Assembly: GCA_964016885.1 (NCBI GenBank)
Contig: CAXHJY010001415.1
Location: forward strand, 1-42,542
Reading direction: 5' to 3'
DNA: 42,542 nucleotides
Source: Eledone cirrhosa
Lineage: Eukaryota
Shown here: piece by piece, positions 23,706 through 36,429 of the stretch
How positions within the stretch are numbered: the first letter of the stretch is position 1
Layout: each line of letters starts with the position of its first letter
Translations under genes and position numbers: made by a program
The notes under the pieces: generated by a model
Told to the model about the DNA's origin: nothing
The model's input: only the letters and a program-made list of their open reading frames with translations
Databases searched by the model: none

Positions 23706-23912
23706 CCATTTAGCATTTAAACCAGCCATATCTGGCCAGAATTCTTTCACCTTCTTCTGTTCAAACCAGCCATAACTGGTTGCTCGAACTAATATTAAGG
23801 TATTGTTCTCAAAATAGATAATATCAAAATTTCATAGATTCAATATTATGAGATAATTATGTTTACCATGAAAATACAATAGTATAAATAGAGTAATGTA
23901 AATGGTAAAGGG
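23706..23912 (+). mobile_element. piggyBac-type MITE, near full length
   Basis: TTAA|CCATTTAGCATTTA...TAAATGGTAAAGGG|TTAT. Confidence 0.85.
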
Positions 23913-23959
23913 TTATTCACCGTTGCAAAATATGTCATGATGGAAAATGTAGTGCTTAG

Positions 23960-24300
23960 TCATCATCATTATCATTGTTTATTTTTCCATGTTTGTATCG
24001 GTTAGACATTATGAAACAAGTCAGCTCAGGAGATCACATCTTGCTCATATAGATCTGTATTTTGGCATAGCTTTTATGGCTGGATGCACTTCATAATGGT
24101 ACATTGTGAACTGAGTGCTTTTTACTGTGACACCAAAACGACCATATAACAAGGTTGACTGGGTGCTTTTTTCATTGTGTCCCCAGCAAAACCACATTAT
24201 ATGGTGGACTATGTGCTTTTTTTTTTTTTCATGTTACTAACACAACCCCTATACAGAGTGGATTGGGAGCTTCTTGTGTCACTAGCACAACTACCTTACA
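23960..24300 (-). mobile_element. RTE-type 3' UTR relic with tandem units
   Basis: (CAT)n, TTTTTCCATG, repeated ACTGGGTGCTTTT units. Confidence 0.65.
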
Positions 24301-24309
24301 ATGGCCAAT

Positions 24310-24672
24310 AAAGAATTATTGACAGAATTGTTAAAGCGTTGAACAACATGCTTTGTGGCATATAGTTACGTCCCTTTACATTCTGTGTTCAAATCCCGTC
24401 AAGGTTAGCTTTACCTTTCATCCTTAGGGGGCCGATAACATAAAGTACCAGTAATGCACTGAGGGTGATTTAATCAACTTCCCCTTTCCCCAAATTGCTG
24501 GCTTTGTGCTTATAGTTTACATTCTGAGTTCAAATCCCACTGAGGATAGCTTTGTCTTTCATCCTTATGGGGTCGATAAAATAAATTACCAGTAATGCAC
24601 TGGGGTCGATTTAATTGACTTTCCTCTTCCCTTAAAAATTGCTGGCCTTGTGCCTAAATCAAAAACCATTAT
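24310..24672 (+). mobile_element. SINE family A with tandemly duplicated 3' two-thirds
   Basis: GTTCAAATCCC...TTTCATCCTTA...ACCAGTAATGCACTG occurs twice (about 24385 and 24525). Confidence 0.8.
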
Positions 24673-25049
24673 TATTAGTGTACTTGTGTTACCGATTATT
24701 ACTATCTAATTAATTATATTGAATTTTTTCAATTAAGAAAAGCAATGTTTCTTTTTACTCTATTGTTCTCTATTTACTCTATGTTTGTGTGTGTGTTACA
24801 TAGTTTTGTGTGACCTCTGACCATCTTGTTAATACTGAGAATATGGGCGGGATAGGGAGATATCAAAGTTACCATTTATCAAACAAATCTACCACAAAAT
24901 GGTTGTCACTTGATATATGTGTTTTATTATAAAAGAGCTTTCTTTGTAAGGGCTAAATAACATTAATTAAATGTATCATTTCGCTGTCTCTACGAAGTCA
25001 TCTACTCCCTTGAAATCCTAACATTTCGCCTTGTCTAATATAGGTACTC

Positions 25050-28000
25050 GTATTGGTTTATTTTGCCCTGAGATGCTATAGGCCATGATGGCTACCTACC
25101 TCACCATTTCCCTCCCGCCCACCCCCTCACACCACCATAGCCTATTCGACCAATCAAACCTCAGCATGTCCCCTCCACCCATTACCAACCCCAACAAACT
25201 CTGCCATTACTACTACTACCTACCTCTCTCCTCACCCGTCCCAGCCCCAACACACCCTGCCATTATTACCACCACTACTGTTCTTCTAGCCCTGAATTCT
25301 CCTACCATTATGTATGGATGAGCTGAGAATAAATGGAGCAACCCCGAATTAATAAATGAATATGAATCTGTGATCTACCAAGCACCCATGCGGAGCTTCA
25401 ATTCAGAGACAGGAAGCATACACATACCCCTGCAAAAATTTACCCTTTCCCACGAATGTTGACAACTGCCCCAAACTCCGAGTTGGAACCATCAATGTAA
25501 GCACAATGAAAGGAAGAGCAGGAGAAATCGTAGAGATGCTAGAGCAAAAGGAAATTTATGTATGCTGTGTGCAAGAGACTGGATGGAGAGGAGAGTCTGC
25601 TAGAGTCCTTGTAGGAAAAAGTCAGTGCTACAAATTTTTCTGGGTGGGAAATGACGATGGGATGGGTGGTGTAGGTATACTACTAGCTGACAAGTGGGTA
25701 GATAAAGTAATCTCAGTGTACAGGGTAAATACAAGAATCATTAAACTCAGACTAGTCCTGAATAAAACAATTACCACAATAATATCAGCTTACGCACCCC
25801 AATCGGGGTTGCCAGACGAACTTAAGGTTAGATTTTACGAGTCCCTAATGCACACTACTGCTCTAACAAATGACAATGACTTCCTAATCATTGCAGGAGA
25901 TTTTAACGGACACGTAGGTAAACACTGTGACGGCTTCTATAGAGTCCATGGAGGCCATGGGGTTGGCACAAGAAATGAAGAAGGCTTCAGGCTTCTAGAA
26001 TTCTGTGACACCAATGACATGTCGATATGTAACACAAACTTCAAAAAACCCAACAACCATCTGATTACCTATAGATCAAGGGAGCATTCTAGTTAGATAG
26101 ATTTTATCCTCATCAGAGGACTTGACAGATGGACGGTCGTAAATACAAAAGCCTTCCCTAGTGAGGAATGTACCTCCCAATATAGCTTAGTTGTCAGCGA
26201 CCTCACGGTCAGAACTAGACAAACCTGGAAACAGAAGCCAACCTGGAGAAGAAAGATCTGGAAGCTGAAAGACCTCTCAGCCAGTAACAGATTTAAAGAT
26301 ATTTTACTCAACGCCTATAACAGTAAAGAAGAACAGATAGAGACATTCAATGTAGAAGAGCACTGGGAGTTCCTAAAAAATAACTTACTAAAGGCGACGG
26401 ATGAGATCTGTGGCTGGAATAAGACCACAAGCAGGAGGAGAGTGACTTGGTGGTGGAACAATAAGGTAGTTGAGGCAGTTAAGGCCAAGAGACAGGCATG
26501 GAAAGAATGGAAGAACGGGGGAAGCAGGGTACATTACATAGAGACCAGGAGGGAAGCTAGGCAACAAGTATACTTAGCTAGGAGGGAAGCAGAGGATAGA
26601 AAATTCAAGCATGTTTTGCAGCGTGAGGACCAGAAACAGGAGGTGTTCAAGATTGTGAGGCAGTGTGTCAGAGAGAATTGTGATGTCATTGGAGAGAAGT
26701 GTATCCAGAATGATAAAGGTGAGCTTGCCCTCACAAGTGCTGAGAAGAAAGATGTGTGGAAGAGCCATTATGATAGATTACTAAATAAGGAAAATGCATG
26801 GGAAAAAGAGACCCTACCCCAAGTAGACCCTATAGAGGGGCCAGCAGTACAAGTCAGCAGCAGCGTAGTAAGTAAGGCAATCAAAGATATGAAGATGGAG
26901 AAGGCAACCAGTTCATCAGGTATGGCTGACGAGATGCTGAAGGCATCTGGGTCGGTAGGTCACACCATAACCACACTTTTTGTTAACCAGGTAATACTAG
27001 GTGTCATACCAAAGGATTGGTGCAGTAGCATCATTGTCAACTGCTACAAAGGTGATGCACTAGATAGAGGAAACTATAGAGGTATAAACTGATGGACCAG
27101 GTCATGAAAGTAACAGAAAGAGTTATAGCACAGTTGATTAGGGACCGGGTGAAACTAGATGAGATGCAATTTGGGTTTGTGCCAGGAAGAGGCACCACTG
27201 ATGCCCTCTTCCTTGTGAGGCAGTTACAGGGAAAGTACCTAGCTAAAAGTAAGCCGCTCTACCTGGCATTCGTCGATCTCGAGAAAGCCTTTGACAGAGT
27301 TCCACGTGCTATAATCTGGTGGGCTCTTAGAAAACTAGGAGTAGATGAATGGCTTGTGAAAGCTGTACAAGCCATGTAGAGGGGAGCAGTCAGCAAAGTT
27401 AGGATTAGCAATGACTATAGTTAGGAATTTAGCGTACAGGTCAGTGTCCACCAGGGCTCTGTTCTTAGCCCTCTCCTGTTCATCATAGTTCTGCAGGCAA
27501 TAATGGAGGAGTTTAAGATCGGATGCCCATGGGAACTCCTGTATGCAGATGACCTCGCACTTATAGCTGAATCTATGGTTGAACTAGAGAAGAAATTCCA
27601 AACTTGGAAGCAGAGACTAGAAAGAAAGGGTCTCAAAGTCAACCTGACAAAGACTAAAGTCCTTGTAAGTAGATGAGAAAACAGAACCCAGATCCCCTCA
27701 GGGAAATGGCCTTGCTCAGTATGTAGGAAAGGTGTAGGTAGGAACTTCATTCTCTGCCCCAAATGCAAACAATGGGTACACAAGAGATGTAGCAGGATTT
27801 CAGGAAGCTTAACTAAGAGTGTAGGCTTCACATGTAGCAGCTGTGCTGGGACAGCAAGCAGCAAACAGCCACAGGAAACAAGTACCACCAAACTCTGGGA
27901 GGGCTCTGTAGAAACAGTAGACAGCTTCTGCTACCTAGTAAGGAGGTGGGTGTTCGGAAAGTACAATAATTAGGGTAAGAACGGGATGGAAGAAGTTCAG

Positions 28001-28743
28001 GGAGCTACTGCCACCATTAGCTGCAAAAGGCTTCTCCCTCAAAATGAAAGGCAGACTGTATGATGCGTGTATACAAACAGCAATGTTACATGGTAGTAAG
28101 ACCTGGGCGTTGTCTATGGAAGACTTGCGTAGATTAGAAAGAAACAAATCCTGCATGCTCCGATGGATGTGTAATAGTAATATACGTGAACGGTAAAGCA
28201 TAAATGAATTGAGAGAGAGCCTGAGCATAAGAGGAATCAAATGGTGTGTGCAGGAGAGGCGGTTGCGTTGGTATAGACATGTGATGCGTATGAAGGATGA
28301 CAGCTGCATAAAAAGGTGCAGAGCACTAGAAGTCGATGGAAACCGCGGAGTGGGAAGACCCGGGATGAGGTGATAAAAGCCGACCTTACTCAATTACACC
28401 TCTCAAAGGCGATGACACAGGACCATGACTTCTGGCGTCACGCAGTAATAGAGAGTACCCGACCCCCCACGGGTACAAGCCGAAGCTGAAGCATATAGAC
28501 AATATGCCCCCACAGCCTCCCACTGCAAAGTGGTTGTGGAGGTGCCACAGCAAAAAAGCACTAGGCGCCACGGAAAAAAGCACCCAGCACTCACCATAAA
28601 TGAGGTTGGTGTTAGGAAGGGTATCCAGCTGTAAAAATCAAGCCAGAATCAGTTCCTGTATGAGCAAGGCATGGTCAGCCGACCAGACACCGTCCACAAC
28701 AGGACAACCCGTCTAACCCATGCTAGCGTGGAAGAATAGACGT

Positions 28744-28775
<32 letters not shown>
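25050..28775 (+). mobile_element. Near-full-length RTE-clade LINE, inactivated (APE endonuclease, RT, PHD-type finger, (GAT)n tail)
   Basis: APE motifs GTINV, VQET, SAYAPQ, GDFNGHVG; RT motifs QFGFVPGRGTTDA, FVDLEKAFDRVP, QGSVLSPLLF, YADD at 27542; several stops and frameshifts; (GAT)n at 28744-28775; 5' boundary approximate. Confidence 0.93.
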
Positions 28776-28844
28776 ACTCTCAACTATTAAGTATTGAATA
28801 ATGATACAAGCTGGTTTCTCTTACTCTTGTAATAAGAAATATCA

Positions 28845-28877
<33 letters not shown>

Positions 28878-29029
28878 GGTGGTGCCCCAGCATGGCTGCA
28901 GTCTAATGACAGAAGCCTGTAAAAGAAAAATAATATAAATGTATATACATATAAAAAATACAGGCAAAGAAGCAGGCTGTGTGGTTACTAAAATGAAGTG
29001 TAAGAAGGTAATAGGGACGTAAACAAGAG

Positions 29030-29620
29030 AAGAAAAGTTGCCCTTCGTCAGCTGTTTACTATGGATCATAGATGTTTTGCCGCTTAAAACAGGGCATCAA
29101 TCTGTAGTGCCCCCGTGGCCTTTTATCCATCAAAAGGTCATGAGGGAAAGAAGTGATAGTGAGGAGAGAGGAAAAAAGGAAAAAAAAGGGAAAGAGGAAA
29201 AACGAAGCAAATATATCGAATAGAAGGGGGAACATAGGACAAACGCATATGTTTGTAAGTAACCGAGGAAAAAATAGAATAAGTTATACTGTACCAATGG
29301 GTATAAGCCCGGTGGCCGTATAACTGCAGAGCAAAGTTTTTCTGTGGCGATCTCAGTAAAGTGAATGTAAAGAGAGAGAAAGACGGAGAAACCGGCAGTG
29401 AGAGGGGGTTTAGTAAGAGGGATATAGAGAGAGGGAGGAGAAGAGAAAGGGAGTTAATCCAAAAGGGGTTTACGACGTGTGTGATCAGGCTGAAAACAAA
29501 TATATATATATATGTAAAAGGTAAACAGAAATAACAACACAATCGGTACAATATATGTAAGGAATATATTAGTGTAACGCTTAAAACATTTAATAGACTT
29601 ACAACCGTTTCACTAGATTA
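29030..29620 (-). mobile_element. (TA)n-associated non-coding repeats (family C piece at 29510-29585) with degenerate hammerhead-like motifs
   Basis: Homology to 9650-9840 and 33260-33440; minus strand ACTACAGA-TTGATG...AAAACAT...TCCATAGT followed by CTGACGAAGGG. Confidence 0.5.
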
Positions 29621-29890
29621 ACTAAAAATGAAATAAAGTTAATTTTTTGGAAGAATAACTCGGTAGAGTCAATTAAATTCAATTTAATATACCAGTGGGA
29701 GAAATGTTCTTTGTAAGCAAAAAACATAATAGGGTAATCATAAAAATTATAGAAGCCTGAAGTAATAATTAATATTTATAAATTATATATTTGTTCATTA
29801 ACTGTAGATATTTCAGTAACTATGTTATATCATTACAAAAAATATTACATACACTAAATATATAGCTAGAGTTATACCAATGGGAATTAA

Positions 29891-30046
29891 CCCTTTAGCA
29901 TTTAAACCAGCCAGAATTCTCTCACCTCTTTCTATTCAAACTTATGTTAAGGTATTATTCTCAAAATAAATAATATCAAAACCTCAGATTCAGTATTATG
30001 TGAGATAATTATGTGAGAAATATAGAGTAATGTAAATGCTAAAGGG
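29891..30046 (+). mobile_element. piggyBac-type MITE with perfect 14-bp TIRs and TTAA TSD
   Basis: TTAA|CCCTTTAGCATTTA...TAAATGCTAAAGGG|TTAA. Confidence 0.92.
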
Positions 30047-30684
30047 TTAAAAGTGAAGTAGTGAAAAAAATAACTTTTAAAATATATTAAAAGAATGTTA
30101 AAAAAATTATGGAAGCCTATAACAGTATTTAAATATATCAATAATTAAATATAAATGTTCAGTAACTTATGAAATTTCACTGACTAAATTATATCAATAC
30201 AAAGGAGTGGGGTTATAATTACATAATATAAATATTTAGATAATGAATAATGTCTATATACACATCTCTCTCTCTCACTCCCCCCTCTCTTTTTCTCTCT
30301 CTCTATATATAGTGGTAGAACACTGGGAAAGAGGTGAGAGAATTCTGGCCGGATATGGCTGGTTTAAATGCTAAAGGATTAAAGGGTTTCTACTTATATT
30401 AAAATCTTCTAACATAATTTTATATAAGAACATTTTTATGTTACAAATACCACCTTAATAATTGGAATACCTTTAGTGAATCCCTCCAAGTTCTTCACTA
30501 ATTAAATTCAAATGCTATATTATTTGTTATAAATATAGTGGTAATGAAAAGGCTACGATTTCTATAAACAATTTTTCACTGTTTTTGTTACATATCAACC
30601 AATATTCATTGATTCTGTAATGTCTTATTATAATGATTGAAATGGATTGGTATGTATATATGATGATGATGATGATGATGACGA

Positions 30685-30955
30685 ATAGTTCCGATACTAT
30701 GGGCATGTGGCTAGAATGTCTCAGGAAAGAATCGCTGGACAGATTTTACGAGTGAAAAAAAAACAGGTAGGAGACCCAGAGGTAGCCCCTGAGCGAGATA
30801 GTTGGATAACATCCATGAACTTGGCTGGTCATGCTTAGGGATCCAGCTGGTTCAGTTAGAGACAGTTGCTTCTGACAGGACCTGCTGGAGGGAGTGTTTC
30901 AGGATTCTGACTCCCTTAGGAATACGTAGGCGAAGAAGAAGAAGAAGAAGAAGAA
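30685..30955 (+). mobile_element. 3' end of the second RTE-type LINE
   Basis: Homologous to 22550-22810; (GAA)n tail. Confidence 0.8.
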
Positions 30956-32560
30956 TACAGTTTGGAACAATAAACACACATTTTATTTCTTTTCATTGGA
31001 TTGATCTGGAGGAAGAATCTATGATGCCCCTGCCCATCACAAACTTTCTAAAGGTTGTGATGGGCATGTTAATATTTCTCTTGAAAGGTTGCATGCAAGA
31101 AAACCCATGTGCAGGAAGGGACAGTGCTTTGGTGAGGAAGGAGTGGTAATAATGGTTTGTGCTGGGTCCCAGAAGAGGTTTATGTAACATAGATGAGGAG
31201 AGGAGGAAAGACAAGTGAATCAGATGGGCCTGCATGGTGGTGGCACTAGTCAACTCCAAGGAGCAGAGGCCATTGTATTAGTAGTAGAAAATGCAAAGAT
31301 GAAAGGCAGCAGATCTGTTGGCCATACAGACCTGCTGTGTCAAATTTTTTTTTTCCTACCACCACAACAGGGCCTACTGCTCCTTGGAGTTAACTGAACT
31401 CTTGTTACCTCTACTCTGATATTTCTGATTCATGTGATTCTCCTCCTCTTGTTACCCATAATGACAATGTTACTCTCTACCCTAATCTCCTTACTAACTA
31501 CTGTATCTAGTTGTTCTTTCCCCAGAATGATGGCTTTCTGGAATTCTTCTCTTTACACACGATTTTCCTGAAGCTGTTAACTGGAAACAGTTTAGCCAAG
31601 ACATCCAAGACATTTGCGTCATCAGCTACACTAATCTCAGAGATTCTGAGAAGGCCCATGGTGCAACCCCTTCCTCCTGACCAAACCAATAAAATAAAAC
31701 ATAACGGCAACAGATACTTCCGAACATGTGGTTTGAATGACTATGGAAAGAATCAATAGTCAGATTTTAATGGGAAAAAGCTAACTGGCAGAAGACCCAA
31801 AGATGGACCACGAGCAAGATAGTTGGATAACATTCATGATCTTGTTTGATCTCATTTGAGGAGCCAGCTGGATCATTTGGAGACTGTACTTCAACTAGGA
31901 CCATCTGGAAAGGCACGTCAGAGGACCCTGTCCCCATGATCCTCTCAACAAGAAGCACTGATTAACTGATCATAAATATAAACCACTGACTGACTAGTAA
32001 CATAGTCAAGAGACTAAAAGGAAATGACTTGGTTTATAGATTAGTTTTAAGTTGAAGCAGCTTCATTTATGCCATTAACAGTTTTGATAACAAACTGTCT
32101 AAAACTGCCTTTGGCTCCATCATACAAAACTGTTTAGTCTAAAGTGCTTATATTTATCTAAAAACCTTCGCTCAAAAGAACCTTTGTTATCTTCCAAACA
32201 CTAGCTTAATAACAGCTAATTTATTTAAAAAACTCTTTTAAATTCTTGATTATGTTCAAAATAAATTGAAACAGACAGGTAGTGTTGTATTTCATGAAAG
32301 ATATCGTAATGAAAGGGTTAATACTTTCCACCTGAGAAACATAAATATTTAAATTTTTCCTTTCCACTACTAAATATAATGTCTTGAGCCTAACAGAGAC
32401 AAACTAATAATTTTTAATTCACATTGTGAATAGAGAGGTAGAGGGCAGGAACATATGTAAGCAAAATTCCTGTCTTAGAATTTAGTAGCTCTGTTTAAGT
32501 GCTGACTTAGACTGTATCAACCTGTCCAATCCTTGCTAGTGGGGAAAATAGATGTTAAAC

Positions 32561-32862
32561 TAGAAGTTCTACTGTGTTGAGAAGGTCCAGTGGGCCGCTG
32601 GGGTCCGAAGGCGTGGTAGTGGGGGGGGGGTAGAGATGATATAATAGTATTTTAAATATCAAATGATACATATTATATATAAATGTATTAAAATAAAAAT
32701 ATATGACATTTATTTATACATAAATTAACGGTTTTATTTATTATATATTATTTAATTATTTACAACTTGTGTGTAGGTAGGTCTCTCTGGAAATAGGGGT
32801 GGGGACACTGACGGTATTACGTGGTCGTGAGGGGGGGGGGGCAAAAAGTTTCAGAACCTCTG
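32561..32862. mobile_element. hAT-type MITE with 8-bp TSD
   Basis: TSD TGTTAAAC/TGTTAAAT; termini TAGAAGTTCT...AGAACCTCTG; splits an RTE tail. Confidence 0.75.
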
Positions 32863-33350
32863 TGTTAAATTGATGATGAGGATGTTGTTTCTCTGTAGAG
32901 GTAAATTGGTCAATAAACTGTCAAACTACTTACTAATCTATGGATCATGAGTTCAAGGTTGCTTATACTATACAGCTTCATTTGTTTTTGTAAAGGATGC
33001 TTTATTCTGCATCTCTTCAAACAGGCCCCAGATTTTCTTGGAAGTGGTTAAAAAAGGATGATTATCTATTGTTACAATACTTCTGACCTTGGAAATAGCA
33101 AATAAATGAATCTGGAGTAGATGAAATTAATTCATACATACATATATACACAGACTCACATATACTTGTACATATATATATATATATGTGTGTGTGTGTT
33201 TATGTGTGTATTTATATATGTATGTATATATAAATATGTGTACACACATACACACACATATGATGTAAAGGTAAATAGAAATTACAACACAATCGGTACA
33301 GCATATGGAAGGAATATATTAGTTTAACACATGAAATAGCAAGAAGTGGG

Positions 33351-33388
33351 TCTTAACGTTTCGGATGCTAGTCCTTCATCAGGAGAAA
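33351..33388 (-). ncRNA. Minimal hammerhead-like motif in repeat family C
   Basis: Minus strand: TTTCTC-CTGATGA-A-GGA ctagca TCC-GAAA-CGTT-AAGA; core intact, stem I weak. Confidence 0.55.
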
Positions 33389-33439
33389 GAATGAGAAATT
33401 AGAAAGATTAAAGAGTCAGACAGGGTGGAATCGATATGT

Positions 33440-33772
33440 GTTAGTAACAACAAAAAGCACCCCATTTACAGGTAAAGGAGTTGTGTTGGTGATATGACAA
33501 ATAAGCACACTGTAAAGTGATCATGTAGATAGCATGACAAAAAGTACCCTGGCCACACTGTAAAGGGGGTCGTGTGGGAGTCACGACGAGAAGCACCCAG
33601 ACCACACCGTAAATGTGATTGGTGTTAGGAAGGGCACCCAGCCATAGAAACCTAGCCAGAAACAGTTCTATTTGAGTAAGACACAGTCACCTGACCTGGA
33701 TCATCTCAAATGGGACAAACCCGTCTAACCCATGCTAGCGTGGAAAATGGACATTAAACAATGATGATGATA
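33440..33772 (+). mobile_element. RTE-type 3' UTR relic with tandem units
   Basis: AAGCACCCAG..CACTGTAAAG units; ends CCCATGCTAGCGTGGAAAATGGAC...GATGATGA. Confidence 0.75.
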
Positions 33773-34315
33773 TGTTAGTTATTGTGCCCCATGCTAATCG
33801 ATATCGAAACAATTGTTATATGCAAATAAAGTTTGTACATATGGTGCAGCACTGACTTTGATTCTTTTAAATCTATATAGATTACCATAACAGAAGGCTG
33901 ACAAACTTTTGAGCCTTGAGCTGATCAATCGCGAAATATGCGTCACACCTCAATAAATGTAATGAAGATCTAACACTTTGACCTTTTTATTATTAGTAGT
34001 ATTATATTCTGCTTAGTACAACACCAGTATAGCTACTGGAAACTATGCATCGAGTGGTTACTCTGGTGAACCTACAGTAACTGGACGTTACAATCCCTAA
34101 ATATGTGTATATATATATTTGTATGTGTGTGTGTATATATATATATATTACTCTTTTACTCTTTTACCTGTTCCAGCCATCCGGCTGAGGCCATGCTGGG
34201 GCACCGCCCCTATATATATATATAGTAATAATAATAAATGTGAAGACTAAAATCCCAAGAGGGTTCGATAAGGATAAATATATATCAAATATATAAGAAC
34301 CGTAGAGCAAACATT

Positions 34316-34492
34316 TATTAAAATAACAGATTAAAGTTTAAGCAAAGAATCGCTGCTTTCACCCTTAATGGGATCTTCTGAAACTAAAATATTTACTTCT
34401 GCATTCACAGATTGATTTTTTTAGTTTCAGAAGATCCCGTTAAGGGTGAAAGCAGCGATTCTTTGCTTAAACTTTAATCTGTTATTTCAATA
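34316..34492. repeat. Inverted repeat, 74-bp arms, 29-nt spacer
   Basis: 34316-34389 is the reverse complement of 34419-34492 with 2 mismatches. Confidence 0.95.
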
Positions 34493-34502
34493 TATATATA
34501 TA

Positions 34503-34770
34503 TCATCATCATCATCACCGTCTTACGTCTGTTCGTCCACGCTAGCATAGGTTAGACGGGTTGTCCTGTTGTAGGCAGTGTCTGGTCGGCTGACCGATAC
34601 GGGAACTGATTCTGGCTTGATTTCTACAGCTGGATGCCCCTCCTAACACCAACCTCATTTACAGTGAGTGCTGGGAGCTTTTTTATCCGTGGCGCCTACA
34701 TGTTCACTTTACAGTGAGTGCTGGGTGCTTTTTTGCCGTGGCGCCTCCAAGACCACTTTGCAGTGGAATG
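34503..34770 (-). mobile_element. RTE 3' end closely related to 28520-28775
   Basis: Reverse complement of GTCAGCCGACCAGACAC...ACAGGACAACCCGTCTAACC. Confidence 0.85.
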
Positions 34771-34789
34771 ATAGGGGCCCCAGTCCTAT

Positions 34790-34936
34790 CATCTCATTTC
34801 TACAGCTGAGTAAACTAGAGCAATGTGAAATAAAGTGTCTTGCTCAAGGAAACAACACATCAGCCGGTCTGAGAATTGAACTCACAACCTTTCGATTGCA
34901 AGCCCAATGCTCTAACCACTAAGCCATGCACCTTCA
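34790..34936 (-). mobile_element. tRNA-derived SINE (family B-like head)
   Basis: Minus strand TGGCTTAGTGGTTAGAGC...GAGTTCAATTC...CCTTGAGCAAGACAC. Confidence 0.75.
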
Positions 34937-35799
34937 CACACACAAATATATATATATATATATACCTAATATGTATCTATATATACCTCCCTGTATCTCT
35001 CTATACATAATTTTTAGATAACTTCTAAATTTCTAGATTATTATTTATTTTGAACTATGAATAATTCATGCATTTATACCCTGTTATATATAGGTATCTA
35101 TTTAACTTTAGCATACTTCAATCTATTATTTTATATTCGTTATCATTTACCTAAAATATACTGGCTCATTAATATATATCTATATACATAATCGTTATTT
35201 AAATATTTCTAACAATAAGTACTTCATAAGCTTTACATACCGAAAATGTTGACATTTTTATAGATTATCTTCGTTAAAGTTTCCATTTAGGAAAATATTC
35301 AACAGTGTAAATTTTCCTTTCTCATAAAATTCAGAAGTTTTAAAATGTTAACACACTTATAGAATTTATAAAACTAATAAATATAAATAACCAGCAACTT
35401 TTAAAAAAAACCTAAAATCTTCATTCTTCACCCTAAAATAACATAAATTAAATATTTTGAAACTTAACCGTTTCGCTTTTGGAAAAAATCTCTTTCTGCA
35501 TATATTACCCCCTCTTTATCTTTCCCTCTCTCTAAATCCCTTTTCAGCGGCCCTCATTGACTGTTATAATTCATGAGATGTTTTCCTAGATAAACATAAC
35601 TTGTAGGATCCTACATTTTAAAATCTCTATAGCTGTCACATTAACCAACGTTTTTCTTACTCACACATTCTCTATTGAATTTATTACATTTTCGCATTTT
35701 CTCATTATTAGGGTATAAATGTTGAATTTTCTCTTGGGTTAATCACTACATTGATTAAATCTTAACCATTTAACATCTCAGGGTATGTCATGTATCATT

Positions 35800-35856
35800 A
35801 TATTTTGTCTGATGAGGACGTACTGTTGTACCTCCGAAATATGTATGATAAAATGT
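35800..35856 (+). ncRNA. Minimal type I hammerhead ribozyme (pLTR relic), cleavage triplet mutated
   Basis: ATATTTTGT-CTGATGA-GGAcGTAC tgtt GTACcTCC-GAAA-TATGTA-TG-ATAAAATGT. Confidence 0.8.
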
Positions 35857-35894
35857 AATTGATCAAAAGAACATCTATTTTATTAATATTTGTA

Positions 35895-35941
<47 letters not shown>

Positions 35942-36429
35942 GCACACACACATATATAAAAAATGTAATGTCAATTTTTCCATGCTTGCATGAGTTAAAT
36001 GGGTCATCCATGTTATGAGACAAGTCTGGGTAGCTGGGCGTAGCTTGCTCAAATGGAACAATACTTTGGCTGGGATTTTTACAGCTGGATGCCTTTCATA
36101 TTTAAGGCAGGTTTTTATTTAGATTAATTCAACAAAATACTTCTTTACATAGAAACAAGAACTTATATTTTCATACATTTACTTAGTAAAATAGAATAAT
36201 ATATAAGGCGTTTGATAATGCCAAATTAAGAAATCCAAACAGAAAATGTCATTTTAACTTTTTGATACCAACCCTGGAAAAACAAAACATTATTTTAAAT
36301 TTTTATATTTAAATATAAAACTTCCATTATCATTCTATGTAAGAACCTTTTCTTAAGTTATCTTCCAAACACCAACTTAACCCTTTAGCATTTACATTAC
36401 TCTATATATACTATTATATTTTCACAGTA

